Positions 27,891 through 39,120 of a stretch of DNA of 64,000 nt are shown in pieces (position 1 is the stretch's first letter; each line of letters starts with the position of its first letter). Origin of the DNA: Bacteroidia bacterium (GTDB lineage Bacteria; Bacteroidota; Bacteroidia; UBA7662); NCBI GenBank assembly GCA_046291695.1, contig JBKBSO010000011.1:1548-65547 (forward strand), read 5' to 3'. The position numbers were made by a program, and so were the translations under genes. The notes beneath the pieces were generated by a model. The model was not told the DNA's origin. It did not search any database and worked only from the letters and a program-made list of their open reading frames with translations.

Positions 27891-30437
27891 ACTACCGCTT
27901 TCTTCTGATGGGGTATCCTTAAGTTTTCTAGGCTTCTTACCCGCACTCACTTCAATCTCGCTTGAATCATTCAAATCAACCACTATCTTTTCTCCTTCCT
28001 TAAGCCCTCCACTAATAATCTTTTCAGCAACGGTATCTTCAACATACTTCTGAATCGCTCTTTTCAACGGACGCGCACCGAATTGGGGGTCAAATCCCTT
28101 TTCAGCAATGAAGTTTTTGGCCTTTTCCGTGATTTCGAGCTGATATCCCAAATCTTCAATACGTTTATGCACGTCCAATATGGTGATATCTATAATTTTG
28201 AAAATGTCTTGTTTCTCAAGTGCATTGAATACAATCACATCATCAATTCTGTTTAAAAATTCAGGTGAAAAGGTCTTTTTAAGGGCATTTTGTATTACTG
28301 CTCTAGACTCTTCGTCCTGCGATTTGGTTCGGGCTGGGGTGGCAAAACCCACGCCAGTACCAAAATCTTTCAATTGCCTTGAACCTATGTTCGAAGTTAA
28401 GATGATAATAGTATTCTTAAAATCAACCTTGCGGCCAAGGCCATCTGTTAATTGCCCATCATCAAGCACTTGCAAAAGCAAATTGAAAATATCAGGATGC
28501 GCCTTTTCTATTTCATCAAGCAACACTACTGAATATGGCTTGCGTCGAACTTTTTCTGTAAGCTGTCCACCTTCTTCATAGCCAACATAACCCGGAGGCG
28601 CACCAACCAAGCGTGAAACACTGAATTTCTCCATGTATTCACTCATATCTACCCGAATCAAAGCGTCTTCTGAGTCGAATAAAAAGCGAGCCAATTCTTT
28701 CGCTAGTTCTGTTTTACCTACGCCCGTTGGACCCAGAAATATAAATGAGCCGATTGGCTTTTTAGGGTCTTTCAACCCGGCACGCGTACGCTGAATGGCC
28801 TTACTTATGGCTGCTACAGCTTTATCCTGACCGATCACTTTCCCCTGAAGCGCGGTGGCCATATTGGTTAATCGCTCACTTTCAGCCTGGGCAATACGCG
28901 TAACAGGTACACCCGACATCATGGCCACGACTTCAGCAATATTCTGATCAGAAACGCTGTAGCGCTTCAGCTTCGATTCAGCCTCCCACTCAGCTTTAGC
29001 CTTATCGAGTTCATCAAGTAGTCGTTTTTCAGAATCGCGTAATCTGGCAGCTTCTTCATATTTCTGACTCTTTACGACTTTATTCTTTTGCTCCTTGATG
29101 GCCTCTATTTGGCCTTCCAGATCGAGTACGACTTGAGGGACATTAATATTGGTTATATGTACCCGGGCCCCAGCTTCGTCCATGGCGTCGATCGCTTTGT
29201 CAGGCAAAAATCTATCCGTAATGTAGCGTTCCGTGAGTTTTACGCAAGCCAAAATGGCTTCATCACTGTAGGTTACATTATGGTGATCTTCATACTTCGA
29301 TTTGATATTATTAAGAATCTGAATCGTCTCCTCACTAGAAGGTGGCTCTACCATAACCTTTTGGAATCGTCGGTCGAGAGCACCATCCTTTTCAATATAC
29401 TGACGATATTCATTCAAGGTAGTAGCGCCAATGCATTGTACTTCGCCTCTGGCCAAAGCCGGTTTAAACATATTGCTGGCATCAAGTGAACCGCTAGCAC
29501 CTCCAGCTCCAACCAAGGTGTGAATTTCATCGATGAAAAGAATTACATCAGTACTCTTTTCTAATTCTCCCATCACTGCCTTCATGCGCTCCTCAAACTG
29601 CCCTCGGTATTTAGTGCCCGCCACCAAAGACGACAAATCAAGGGTTACAATTCGCTTATTAAATAATACACGAGAAACTTTTTTCTGATGAATCCTCAAG
29701 GCTAAACCTTCAGCGATGGCTGTTTTACCAACACCTGGCTCACCAATGAGTATGGGGTTATTCTTTTTACGTCGACTCAGTATCTGAGAAACGCGTTCAA
29801 TTTCCTCATCCCTACCAATGATTGGGTCAAGTTTGCCTTCATCTGCCAGTTGCGACAAATCACGGCCAAAATTATCTAAAACCGGGGTTTTGCTCTTTCC
29901 TGCACCTTGCTTACGAGGCTGATCAAAAGACTTTTTATCATCATCCGAGAAGGTATCTTCGTAAGAAGCACGCGGAGGTTCAATTTTATCACGCCCTTCA
30001 ATCATCGCATCCATTTCTTCTTTAACTACCTCATAGGTAATGTCAAACTTCTCAAGTATGCGAGTAGCCAAGCTATCTTCCTCCCTCAAAATAGACAATA
30101 ACAAATGTACTGTGCCTATGAGCTCACTTTTAAAGATTTTAGCTTCCAGAAAAGTAATCTTGAGTATTTTTTCAGCCTGTTTTGTAAGGGGTATGTTTTC
30201 AGCATTCACTATATTCGCCGTGGCAGTGCCTTTTATGGCATCTTCAATTGATTTTTTAAGCCTGCCTAAATCAACTCCTAAGCTCTTTAATGTTTTGATG
30301 GCCTGCCCATCTCCTTCCCGAATTAAACCCAGCAGCAAGTGGCATGGGTCAATATAGTCATGTCCCAAACGAATGGCTTCTTCCTTGCTGTAAGAAATCA
30401 CATCTTTTACCTTGGGTGAAAATTTAGCGTCCATCAT
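27888..30437 (-). CDS. clpC: ATP-dependent Clp protease ATP-binding subunit ClpC (two AAA+ modules).
   Basis: Clp_N repeats, two Walker A ([16 protein letters not shown]), UVR-like coiled coil. 849 aa. Confidence 0.85.
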   Translation of the reverse strand: MMDAKFSPKVKDVISYSKEEAIRLGHDYIDPCHLLLGLIREGDGQAIKTLKSLGVDLGRLKKSIEDAIKGTATANIVNAENIPLTKQAEKILKITFLEAKIFKSELIGTVHLLLSILREEDSLATRILEKFDITYEVVKEEMDAMIEGRDKIEPPRASYEDTFSDDDKKSFDQPRKQGAGKSKTPVLDNFGRDLSQLADEGKLDPIIGRDEEIERVSQILSRRKKNNPILIGEPGVGKTAIAEGLALRIHQKKVSRVLFNKRIVTLDLSSLVAGTKYRGQFEERMKAVMGELEKSTDVILFIDEIHTLVGAGGASGSLDASNMFKPALARGEVQCIGATTLNEYRQYIEKDGALDRRFQKVMVEPPSSEETIQILNNIKSKYEDHHNVTYSDEAILACVKLTERYITDRFLPDKAIDAMDEAGARVHITNINVPQVVLDLEGQIEAIKEQKNKVVKSQKYEEAARLRDSEKRLLDELDKAKAEWEAESKLKRYSVSDQNIAEVVAMMSGVPVTRIAQAESERLTNMATALQGKVIGQDKAVAAISKAIQRTRAGLKDPKKPIGSFIFLGPTGVGKTELAKELARFLFDSEDALIRVDMSEYMEKFSVSRLVGAPPGYVGYEEGGQLTEKVRRKPYSVVLLDEIEKAHPDIFNLLLQVLDDGQLTDGLGRKVDFKNTIIILTSNIGSRQLKDFGTGVGFATPARTKSQDEESRAVIQNALKKTFSPEFLNRIDDVIVFNALEKQDIFKIIDITILDVHKRIEDLGYQLEITEKAKNFIAEKGFDPQFGARPLKRAIQKYVEDTVAEKIISGGLKEGEKIVVDLNDSSEIEVSAGKKPRKLKDTPSEESGS

Positions 30438-30582
30438 TATCCTTTCTTATTCAAATAACCCAAAACTCGTGTAAGGGTTTATGCAAGGCTAAATTAACAA
30501 TTAAATCATCAATCTGTTGCTTGCGTCCGTCTCATTTTTGTCAGTTTTAGCACATAATTGATCTTCATCAAATTTGGTTCAA

Positions 30583-30620
30583 AATAAAAAGCGGGAATAT
30601 CCTTTAAGAACATTCCCGCT
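30583..30620 (-). terminator. Rho-independent terminator downstream of the 729-aa T9SS cargo gene.
   Basis: GCGGGAAT...ATTCCCGC stem plus a T-run on the minus strand. Confidence 0.55.
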
Positions 30621-30640
30621 TGTCGCTTTAAATCAGCCTA

Positions 30641-32830
30641 TTATTTCCGAACCACAAAGCGGCTATGGTGTGCACTTTCCTGGCCCGATAGCCGAAGGAA
30701 ATACATCCCTGCTGGCAATTCAGATTGTTCAATTTGCAAAGTTTCCATTCCTTGCAGTCCGTTTACACGCTTATGATACAAGCGCTTTCCTGCCAAATCG
30801 AAAATTTCAAGTTGAATCATCTCTGGCCTTTCGAGCTGCAATTCAACCATAAAGTTTCCGTTGTTGGGATTAGGGTACAACCTATTCACCCTTCCATTAC
30901 TATTTAGTTCAGCAACCGAAGTACCCGGGCCTGTTTGAGTTTGGAAGCCATGAACATCGTTTCTGTTTCGGGGTTGTAATTTCCAGTTCGCGAAATTAAA
31001 GGTAAGTATGCCCCGAATGAAGTCGAGTTTCTGACCGGCTGTAAGCGAATCAATATTGAAATTTTGACCCAAATCCATGCTCGACAAATTGACTCCTCCC
31101 CGGACACGAAGACCACTTGTGGCTAAAGAATCAGGATATATGCTAAACTCACCGAAGTTACTTGGGGCATCCGGGTTTTGATTTACCACAAATACGTCTT
31201 CAAATTCAATAAGCATAGACTCATAGCCTTCTGTATAATTGTACACACGCGCAATTACAGAATCAATCGGGATGTTTACTGGAGGATAAGGATTACCAGC
31301 TGAAATAAAGTTGTAGGCCAATACCTCCAAGGTGGTAATACCAAAGTCTTCAACCACCAGCGCACGGGTAATTTGTATGCTATCACCACGCTGACGAACA
31401 TCAATATCTGTGGTTCCAAAATTATCCGGACGTAGCATAATGCCCGACATTGGCCCCAAACCATCCTGGAAAGCGATGCGACCATAATCGGTAGTAGATA
31501 AGGTCGACATGATTCGGCCACGAATGTTGAGGCCATCGATGATTTGCCCATCATAAATAGAACGACCACTGGCAAAAGGGGTTTCCTGAATTTGAGAAAT
31601 GGTGTTGATGCCACCATTCACAATACGGAAGACTGAATAGGTAAAAGTAGTATCCGGCGTTATCGATACATTATTATCATTATCAATAGCCTTTATAAAG
31701 TATTTCACATATTCATTGTTCTGCGTTAGAGCCGATCCAGGAATTACACCAACGAATGAATCTACTGCAGCTACTGTCATTGGAACTGAATCGTAAATGT
31801 TATTAGTTAAACCAACAGCATAAAACAAACGTACAGTCGACACTGACCCATCAAGATCTTCCACCTTAGCACCAATCGTTACTGCAGAATTGGTTTCAGG
31901 CACAGTTGGGTTAATCCTGATCATGCTTGTGAAGGGAGGAGAGGCAGTAACAGGGCCTAAATCGCTGGGGATCAGTGGAACGATTTCGTAGCGGGGATAT
32001 AAAGTGCCAAAATTGGTTTCAGTGATTATACCACGAATGTGTGCAAAAGCTTTGCCTTGCTGTACAAATACGGGTGCAAAGGGATTTGGAGGGTTTGAAG
32101 CAGTAGAAGAAATATTCGGCGGGCGGAAGAAAACAGATACATCACGCACGTTCATTTCAGAACCAGAGGCGTCGCGTACCAACCAGCTTATTCGACCACC
32201 ACCAAAAGTATTTACACCAGTTACGAATACATTAGGAATTTCAACATACATCCCTTCATATTGTTCTCCGGTTGAAATCTGAATTTTTTGCGGAACAGCC
32301 GGGTCAAAGGGATCAAACTGCATGAAAGTGCTTATTTGCAAAGTTTTAGGTAGCGGTGGTGCAGCAAAACCTACCACTTGGGTAGCCACTGGAATTAAAT
32401 CAAGTTGCGTTTCGCCAGATATGGCACTCGCATCTTGAAATTCTTGAACTACTCCGGTACACTCTACTATATTGCCTGGTTGAAAATTGTTGAAAAAATT
32501 AGTGACACTTGAATCACCAATGGCAGGAAGTCGCACCAATAACCCTTTCCAATTATTGGTAGCATAACCGGCAGTGTCCACTAAATAGGTCCCTTTCCAA
32601 GCCCCAGAAGTACTTAGTGCATGGTTTCGCGGATTAAAAATCACCAAGCCACGTATACGTACCGTGTCTCCCTGATAGCGCGACAAGGTATAGCCGTTGG
32701 CTAAGCTGTCGGGATGCACCCACTGGATGGAGTCGATGCTCACCAACGGATAAGTTTGTGCCTGTGCTTCAGCAGCCACAAAAGCAACTGCCATCAAAAG
32801 CATTAAAATTTTCTTCATCACATTTTCCAT
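30641..32830 (-). CDS. Secreted protein with a type IX secretion C-terminal sorting domain. Function unknown.
   Basis: Signal peptide. C-terminus RLYPNPNNGNFMVEL...IFDLAGKRLY...LPAGMYFLRL is a type-A T9SS CTD. Confidence 0.65.
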   Translation of the reverse strand: MENVMKKILMLLMAVAFVAAEAQAQTYPLVSIDSIQWVHPDSLANGYTLSRYQGDTVRIRGLVIFNPRNHALSTSGAWKGTYLVDTAGYATNNWKGLLVRLPAIGDSSVTNFFNNFQPGNIVECTGVVQEFQDASAISGETQLDLIPVATQVVGFAAPPLPKTLQISTFMQFDPFDPAVPQKIQISTGEQYEGMYVEIPNVFVTGVNTFGGGRISWLVRDASGSEMNVRDVSVFFRPPNISSTASNPPNPFAPVFVQQGKAFAHIRGIITETNFGTLYPRYEIVPLIPSDLGPVTASPPFTSMIRINPTVPETNSAVTIGAKVEDLDGSVSTVRLFYAVGLTNNIYDSVPMTVAAVDSFVGVIPGSALTQNNEYVKYFIKAIDNDNNVSITPDTTFTYSVFRIVNGGINTISQIQETPFASGRSIYDGQIIDGLNIRGRIMSTLSTTDYGRIAFQDGLGPMSGIMLRPDNFGTTDIDVRQRGDSIQITRALVVEDFGITTLEVLAYNFISAGNPYPPVNIPIDSVIARVYNYTEGYESMLIEFEDVFVVNQNPDAPSNFGEFSIYPDSLATSGLRVRGGVNLSSMDLGQNFNIDSLTAGQKLDFIRGILTFNFANWKLQPRNRNDVHGFQTQTGPGTSVAELNSNGRVNRLYPNPNNGNFMVELQLERPEMIQLEIFDLAGKRLYHKRVNGLQGMETLQIEQSELPAGMYFLRLSGQESAHHSRFVVRK

Positions 32831-32995
32831 TTACGGTGCAAAAGTAAGACGAAATCTGTTCACTGTCACAAGTCTTCGGATTAAGCCTTTATTAAGTTGC
32901 TTTTAACTGTTAAGTTTTACACATTCAGCACCAAACCTCTTGGCATTTTGGCACTTGATATTTATCTTCACGTCCCACCTAAAATTGTAAAGCTT

Positions 32996-33187
32996 ATGAA
33001 ACAAATGCTGAGTTTTGTACAACAAGTACTAACCAAAGTAAGCTTCGACAAAGAGCTGTTCCGTAAAGAGCTAAAAAAGGGACTTCGTTGGATTAGTCCC
33101 GGAGAAAGAGCGCTCCTACTTACCTGGTGCCTGGCGAATTTTGGCCAAACCCACCAGGACGTAATCAAGGAAGTTTTCAGGCTCTGA
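32996..33187 (+). CDS. Small hypothetical protein (63 aa) with its own terminator.
   Basis: ORF MKQMLSFVQQVL...EVFRL followed by a perfect terminator. No homology recognised, so coding status is uncertain. Confidence 0.3.
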   Translation: MKQMLSFVQQVLTKVSFDKELFRKELKKGLRWISPGERALLLTWCLANFGQTHQDVIKEVFRL

Positions 33188-33210
33188 AAGGTTTAGGTAC
33201 TACCTGAAAA

Positions 33211-33240
33211 ATAAGGCCACCCAATTGGGTGGCCTTTTTC
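33211..33240. terminator. Bidirectional terminator serving the small ORF (+) and the giant T9SS cargo gene (-).
   Basis: GGCCACCC-AATT-GGGTGGCC followed by TTTTT, with an A-run upstream. Confidence 0.7.
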
Positions 33241-33254
33241 ATTCAACAACATCC

Positions 33255-36200
33255 TTAATCGACTTTTGACCATTTGGCCTGAGAAGTCCTGCCATCCTGG
33301 AAAAATACCTTAATAAAGTATTGTCCGGGACGAAGTACATCAGCAGGTAATTTAAGATCGGTATAAGCCGATTCCCAAACCAGTGTTTGCAGCAATCGTC
33401 CTTCGGCACTGAATACTTCTACACGTGCCGGACCATAATCAGCCAATTGACGCAAGAATGCCTGATCTGAAGATGGGTTAGGGTAAACACTCACCCGAGG
33501 CTGGTCTACAGCAGCTTCATCCATCCTGAAAGGCTGCCACAAACGGTTCGGCCGACGCATTTCTGGCAAAAGCTGAGCGCAAGTTTTACGCATCTCTTCG
33601 AACATTGCGGCATCAATCTCTTCCTGAATGAGCTCGGCTTCAAGTTCACAAACACAATCCCAATAGGTGGCCTGGAAGTAGATGTCTTCACTCATCGGAG
33701 CAGAAGCCATGATAGCGCCTAATTCCTCACGAGCCTGCATATAATATTCACCCGTCCGGTACGCATGCGCTTTACGCATCCAAAGTTGTTCCTCGTCTTG
33801 CAACCAAAGTGCCTTTCCTAAATCCGAACGATAATTCAACTCATCGATTACCCATCCCAGTTCAGCACTCACAGGGAAATCGTTATCAGCCCGGGCCGAT
33901 TCCAATAAACCGAAGCGATAAGCATTTGAAAGTGCCTCAAGCATTTTATCCATGCCAATTTCCAGCGCGATCTTTTCGTATCGGCTCAAGGCCAGAAGGT
34001 TTTCATCCCTTACTGCTTCAAAAATTTGATTGAATAAGCTCAAAGCTTCCAAATCGTAGTAGATACCGTTGAAATCATCTTTAGTGACTTGCTGAATGGC
34101 CATACCTAGAGCTTGAGCCAAGCTTACACTCTGGCCATTCACGGGCACCTCAATAACTGAATACAAGTTGTTGAGGATATAATCTTCAAATCCTGCATTG
34201 GCTACGCTGAGGCAGTAACCAGGAATAGTGCTCATGAAGGTCCAGTCTACGGGTGACACCGTCACACCATCCCAATCTTCCAAATCCATTGGCAGCTGTT
34301 GACCAACAAATGGCATTTTGTTGTTGGCAACACTTATTCCATATGTTACTGGCATTGTAGGCAAGGGGATCAGATAATTCATGGCAATACCGTTAAAGTC
34401 CCCTACCAAATACCAATTGCTGCCGGTAAAGTCGTTATAGCCATTGTGCAAGTACAGATTTTGCATATCCTCAACATATATAGCCACATCATTATGCAAG
34501 AATCGGTTACGTGACTGCCCACCAAACAACACCTGAGTATTGCCTGCATATATAGCCGTGGTATTGAAGTTGAATGCAGAACAATATGCCTTAAGCTGTA
34601 AATCACCAAAGCTCTTTACACCCAACGAATTGCTGTCGGTGCTAGACTCAATGAATTCCAGCCGTGCACCATCCTGCCCCATTATGTCGTAAGCCGTGGT
34701 ATTCTGTGCAGCGCGTGTATGTTGCACCTTGCTTACCCCTTCTATGTCGTAAGCATGCCAGAAGGTACCATTCATGCGACCAAGACAATGGTTCAAATTT
34801 ACCGCCTTGCCATGCGTTACCAAGCCTTGAGTATTGTTGTTTAAGTGTACTTGCACCAGGTTTAATGGCGATTGGTAGGTAATCAAGAAGGCCGTAATAC
34901 CTTGATTAGCATTATTAACTTCCATGTTCTTCAACACCATTTGCGGTTGACCGTGCACTACTAAACCATTGTGACGAAACTGTTGGTTACCCGTGATCAG
35001 AACATTCTCAAGATGAACCGGACCATGGAAATTCATTCGGGCATTCTGACGTTGGTAAATACGACCGTTGGTGATTTTCACCCGATCATTGGTCTGACCC
35101 AAGCGCCACTCCCCTATTACTTCAACCAATTTATTTGAACGACCAGTTCCATTTAACTCAATTCGAGCGCCACTACCAAATACCCAACTTGGCGAAAGTG
35201 CATTGAGCTGCTGGGTGCTGCCTTGATTAATCCGGATAAATCCTGTTCCACTAAAGCTGAAACGCGCCGTATCTATCAAAACCACCCGACCACGGATTTC
35301 CAAAATTGCCGAATCACCCAGCAACTGAATCTGTGCCTCAGGATGCACAATAAGCTCCGCACCTTCTTCTATGATTAAGGTACTGCCATTATTCACGGTT
35401 AGCACTGAAGACGGGTGCAAAATCAAGCTACTGTTAGTCCGGAAGTGTACTTCAGCCACACGCTGATCGCCTTGAACTACTTCACCCAAGGTCATAGCAC
35501 CTCCTCCTTCCACGTTAACCAAAACCGGGGCGCATGTATATTCAATGGTTTTGGTAATCAACTTGGAATTTGGAGCCGTGGTATTGGCATAGTTCATGCC
35601 TTGCACCGGAAATGAATACAAGAGCTGATCGCTGCCATTGAATTTTAAGTTTCCGCCTGTTTTGATATCCCAGGAATAAACTTCAATATCGGCATTCAGC
35701 GGTTGGTTCGCTCTAACTGCATTGCTAGGTAAGCCAACCACAATCTCATTGCCTAGAGTACGATTATGAATAATACTACTGGACACACTGGTAAGCTGTG
35801 ACAATCGCAAATCATTCATAATAGGTAGGTTAACAGTAACATGTTTTCGATTAGTTTGAGCCCATTCTCCTGAACCTGTGGTGATTACCTCAAAAAAGAG
35901 AAACGGATCGGAAGCCTCTAAGGTTATTGTGCTAAGATTCGTCATAATATCCATATTTAAGGCTATTGAACTTACCGTAGTCACAGAGGTAAATTGCTCA
36001 TGAAAGAGATTTTTAGTCAAAAACCCAGAATTAAATTCCTTTTCAGATGATTGAAAATCCCCTGGCGCATAATCAACGCCCAGCGTTGGAAAATTAGCAT
36101 TCAATACAAAACTACCGCTAACGTTAGCACTTATGTTATTATTGAACTTAGCACTCAACAAGGTATGCGTTGCTAGTGATTTTTGAGCAATGCGTACTGC

Positions 36201-38327
36201 AGCAGCTGCATAAATGGCCGGTGCTGAGGCTGGGTTCGCTGCGCCAGCTGCAATTGCAGCTTTGGCGGTTCTTATCACTTCCCTAGCTCCTTTATAATAG
36301 GTTACATAATTAGAACTTACATCGGCAAAATTAAGCCACACAGGCCGGCCTCCTTTGTAATAAGTCTGTCCACTTGGTAAAGCAGGACTATGAGGCAGCA
36401 CGAATCCCTCAGTGCGAAGTAAAAACATGCCATTAACACCAGCACTTCTGTAACTCCTCATATTAACCGGAAGCGGAAAAGCATTAGGGGCCCAAACCTC
36501 TCTGCTTACAAAAAACATCTGATCTCCGGGCTGAATGTAGGCAGCTTGTAATGCTTCAGACACCTTTTGTGTTTCACCAAGCAAACTACCATTCGAAACC
36601 GCAATTTTCCGTGTTTCCTGAGGATGACCGATAGCATCCAAATAACTCATCAAACTTTGGTGCTCCTGAAGGGCTGAAGTTTCTGCATGATAAATCAACA
36701 TCTGACGTGCTGCAGGACTATTTAAGATATAGTCATATTGTTCTTTTTCTTCATTGAAGATTCCTAGAAAGTTTAAGCGGCCTCCCAAATCTTTTAAGCC
36801 CGACTGAATAGCGAGTGGTATGTTAGCTCCTTTATGAGGACTGGCATAGGTAGTGAAAAGTCTCACGTTATGACAGCAATTAACCCTTTCCATTTCCCTT
36901 AGAGCAACTCTTGAAATGAGGCCACCCATGCTCGCCCCTACCAATTCTACAGTTTGACCTGGATTATTTACATTTAAAGTAACGTTGAGCTCGTGTAAGA
37001 TGCGTGCAAAAGCAATGGCATTTGACTCAATACGCGCATGATTGGTCCAAAAATCGACAAATACCACATCGTAGCCAGATTTTAAGAGTGAATCAACAAA
37101 ATCCGTCAAAGGCTCCATATGTTCATTTCCCGGGCCATAATAACCCGCGCTTATATTTGACCAGGTCAAATTACCAAAACCATTAGCGCTTGCTTCTACC
37201 CTATTATTGTCATTTTTATCATAGGAGGATGATTCAAAACCCTCGACCAAAACAAAGGGTTTCCTCAATTGATTATTGTTTGCAGAGGCATACTTGATGA
37301 ATGCGTATGCTTCTCCTGCAGGCACATCCAAATTGAGGTCACAAGGTAAATTTTGCCCCCCGATAATATTGTTAGGCCCACCCAATCTGCGAAAAGCCAC
37401 ATTAATTCGGGTTACAGCGGGCATATGCGTAACCACATGGTTGTCGCCATTTAACAAACGTGCTTTTAGGAAGATAGTGGCATTAGCAGCATAGGTAATG
37501 GAATATGTTTGATTTGGGAGTACCGTCTGAAATCCATTGCCATCCCCAAAATCGAGCTGCAAGGTATATCCCTGGTAGTTACCAAAGTATAATTTTTGCG
37601 GAATGCGGAAGCTAATCGGTTGTCCCGGATCAGCAAAAATCACCTCATCGAAACTGGCGAGCATAAAAAAGTCGCGTGCGACTGACCAGCGGGCAAGGGT
37701 TTCCTGATTATTGAAGTAGATGAAGGTGTCAATAATCATGATGCTTGAAGGATCATTGGGGTCGAGTTGCAGCGTATCGATCACTCGCATGCTGTCTAAT
37801 CCCAATTTGTAGCGATCAATATCCTCATCGTAATATACATACAGGCTATCGAAAGCATCATCTGCAATTTCGCGATGCGGCAAGTTCATTACGCCCAATA
37901 TCACGTCGACTTCCCTAATCCGCTGCTGCCAGGGAGCCAGGTAATTTTGTCCATAACCAAAACGCTCTGCCATTGGCCTTAAGGTATCCGGACTCAGCCC
38001 CAGCCAGGTCTGCTGGTAATTGGCATGATAAAACAGCCTGTAGTAGTCAATAAATGTTCGTGTCCGGGCAGTATCCTGCTGGCTGTAATTAAACAAATCG
38101 GGATCAAAAACATTTTTTTGACGAAATAAACTCAATGGACTCCTATCGATCAAAATCCCCTCTGGCACAAAAGGTTCCAGCAGACTGTAGCGATCGATAT
38201 GATCTTGTGCAAGCTGTGTCTGAGCGCTTGCCCCGAGGCACATACACAGCACTATGCTGCATATAACTGCCAATTGTGTAAATTTGTAAAACATAATGTA
38301 TGGATTTGGAGTGAAACATGGATCCAT
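33255..38327 (-). CDS. Giant (~1690 aa) T9SS-secreted multidomain protein: PGAP1/lipase-like α/β-hydrolase domain, parallel β-helix region, T9SS C-terminal sorting domain.
   Basis: GXSXG elbow LVGASMGGLISRVAL preceded by DVVFVDF..H. NG/N-rich β-helix-like repeats in the middle. C-terminus VSVYPNPSSDQAFL...VFSAEGRLL...GQYFIKV is a T9SS CTD. Confidence 0.65.
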   Translation of the reverse strand: MDPCFTPNPYIMFYKFTQLAVICSIVLCMCLGASAQTQLAQDHIDRYSLLEPFVPEGILIDRSPLSLFRQKNVFDPDLFNYSQQDTARTRTFIDYYRLFYHANYQQTWLGLSPDTLRPMAERFGYGQNYLAPWQQRIREVDVILGVMNLPHREIADDAFDSLYVYYDEDIDRYKLGLDSMRVIDTLQLDPNDPSSIMIIDTFIYFNNQETLARWSVARDFFMLASFDEVIFADPGQPISFRIPQKLYFGNYQGYTLQLDFGDGNGFQTVLPNQTYSITYAANATIFLKARLLNGDNHVVTHMPAVTRINVAFRRLGGPNNIIGGQNLPCDLNLDVPAGEAYAFIKYASANNNQLRKPFVLVEGFESSSYDKNDNNRVEASANGFGNLTWSNISAGYYGPGNEHMEPLTDFVDSLLKSGYDVVFVDFWTNHARIESNAIAFARILHELNVTLNVNNPGQTVELVGASMGGLISRVALREMERVNCCHNVRLFTTYASPHKGANIPLAIQSGLKDLGGRLNFLGIFNEEKEQYDYILNSPAARQMLIYHAETSALQEHQSLMSYLDAIGHPQETRKIAVSNGSLLGETQKVSEALQAAYIQPGDQMFFVSREVWAPNAFPLPVNMRSYRSAGVNGMFLLRTEGFVLPHSPALPSGQTYYKGGRPVWLNFADVSSNYVTYYKGAREVIRTAKAAIAAGAANPASAPAIYAAAAVRIAQKSLATHTLLSAKFNNNISANVSGSFVLNANFPTLGVDYAPGDFQSSEKEFNSGFLTKNLFHEQFTSVTTVSSIALNMDIMTNLSTITLEASDPFLFFEVITTGSGEWAQTNRKHVTVNLPIMNDLRLSQLTSVSSSIIHNRTLGNEIVVGLPSNAVRANQPLNADIEVYSWDIKTGGNLKFNGSDQLLYSFPVQGMNYANTTAPNSKLITKTIEYTCAPVLVNVEGGGAMTLGEVVQGDQRVAEVHFRTNSSLILHPSSVLTVNNGSTLIIEEGAELIVHPEAQIQLLGDSAILEIRGRVVLIDTARFSFSGTGFIRINQGSTQQLNALSPSWVFGSGARIELNGTGRSNKLVEVIGEWRLGQTNDRVKITNGRIYQRQNARMNFHGPVHLENVLITGNQQFRHNGLVVHGQPQMVLKNMEVNNANQGITAFLITYQSPLNLVQVHLNNNTQGLVTHGKAVNLNHCLGRMNGTFWHAYDIEGVSKVQHTRAAQNTTAYDIMGQDGARLEFIESSTDSNSLGVKSFGDLQLKAYCSAFNFNTTAIYAGNTQVLFGGQSRNRFLHNDVAIYVEDMQNLYLHNGYNDFTGSNWYLVGDFNGIAMNYLIPLPTMPVTYGISVANNKMPFVGQQLPMDLEDWDGVTVSPVDWTFMSTIPGYCLSVANAGFEDYILNNLYSVIEVPVNGQSVSLAQALGMAIQQVTKDDFNGIYYDLEALSLFNQIFEAVRDENLLALSRYEKIALEIGMDKMLEALSNAYRFGLLESARADNDFPVSAELGWVIDELNYRSDLGKALWLQDEEQLWMRKAHAYRTGEYYMQAREELGAIMASAPMSEDIYFQATYWDCVCELEAELIQEEIDAAMFEEMRKTCAQLLPEMRRPNRLWQPFRMDEAAVDQPRVSVYPNPSSDQAFLRQLADYGPARVEVFSAEGRLLQTLVWESAYTDLKLPADVLRPGQYFIKVFFQDGRTSQAKWSKVD

Positions 38328-38362
38328 ATGGTGTACAGCCCCACTGCCATGGGGCTGTTTTA

Positions 38363-39091
38363 TTATTCGGGCACGAAAGTATAAAAGGCCGTGTCATTCA
38401 CGGGAATGTATACCTTGGTACGAAAATGTATCAAAACTTCATTTCTAAAATAAGAAGCAAAAACATCTGCACTATCGTAAGCTGGTTGCCGCGTCAAGCG
38501 ACTTTGCAACCGATTACCTTCGTATGGCCTATATAATCCATTCACCAGAATTGAAATATGATCGTCAGGTGAGCCATGCCGGTTGTCAACGGTGAGTCGA
38601 AGCCAGCCCTCTGGATCAAATTCCAGAACCAGGTTATTATGTTCGGCACTGTACAAGGCGACCCTATTTTCTCCTAAAAAATGGGCATCTGGCGCTCCTA
38701 AACACTGAACAAAATAATTTTCTGGAGCAAAGCGAAGTTGCTCACTTATGTTAAAATCAGCTAGTTCGTCACAATAAAACTCCCGGATCATTTTGGCACC
38801 CTCCCAACCGTGCTGATTATACACCTTTTCGAAAAGCCCAATTTTCACCGGTTTGGTGTTTATATTTTGGTTGGTTCCCTTGGTAACCAAACGCCCTTGA
38901 ATAACGGTCGGTGGGATGTCGTTGGATTTGGAGCAGGCTGACAATAGCAATGCCAAGCAACCAAATATCATAATCAAAGTACTTGTACCTACCCGAAATT
39001 TAGCTTGCAAATGATGAATCATATTGCGAAAAGATGTCGTGTTCAGGCTATCGACATTTGATGAGGATGCTGTTTGAAGGTTTTTCATCAC
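38363..39091 (-). CDS. Hypothetical lipoprotein (paralog A), immediately upstream of the giant T9SS gene.
   Basis: Lipobox LSACSK. Shares blocks with the next gene: IQG.L.T.GTNQ.....P...GL.E.V, EFYC, YFV..L..PD.H.L, LYS......L.....W..LT.DN. Confidence 0.5.
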   Translation of the reverse strand: MMKNLQTASSSNVDSLNTTSFRNMIHHLQAKFRVGTSTLIMIFGCLALLLSACSKSNDIPPTVIQGRLVTKGTNQNINTKPVKIGLFEKVYNQHGWEGAKMIREFYCDELADFNISEQLRFAPENYFVQCLGAPDAHFLGENRVALYSAEHNNLVLEFDPEGWLRLTVDNRHGSPDDHISILVNGLYRPYEGNRLQSRLTRQPAYDSADVFASYFRNEVLIHFRTKVYIPVNDTAFYTFVPE

Positions 39092-39120
39092 AATAGGGTT
39101 TTGACTTAATTAAAGCATAC

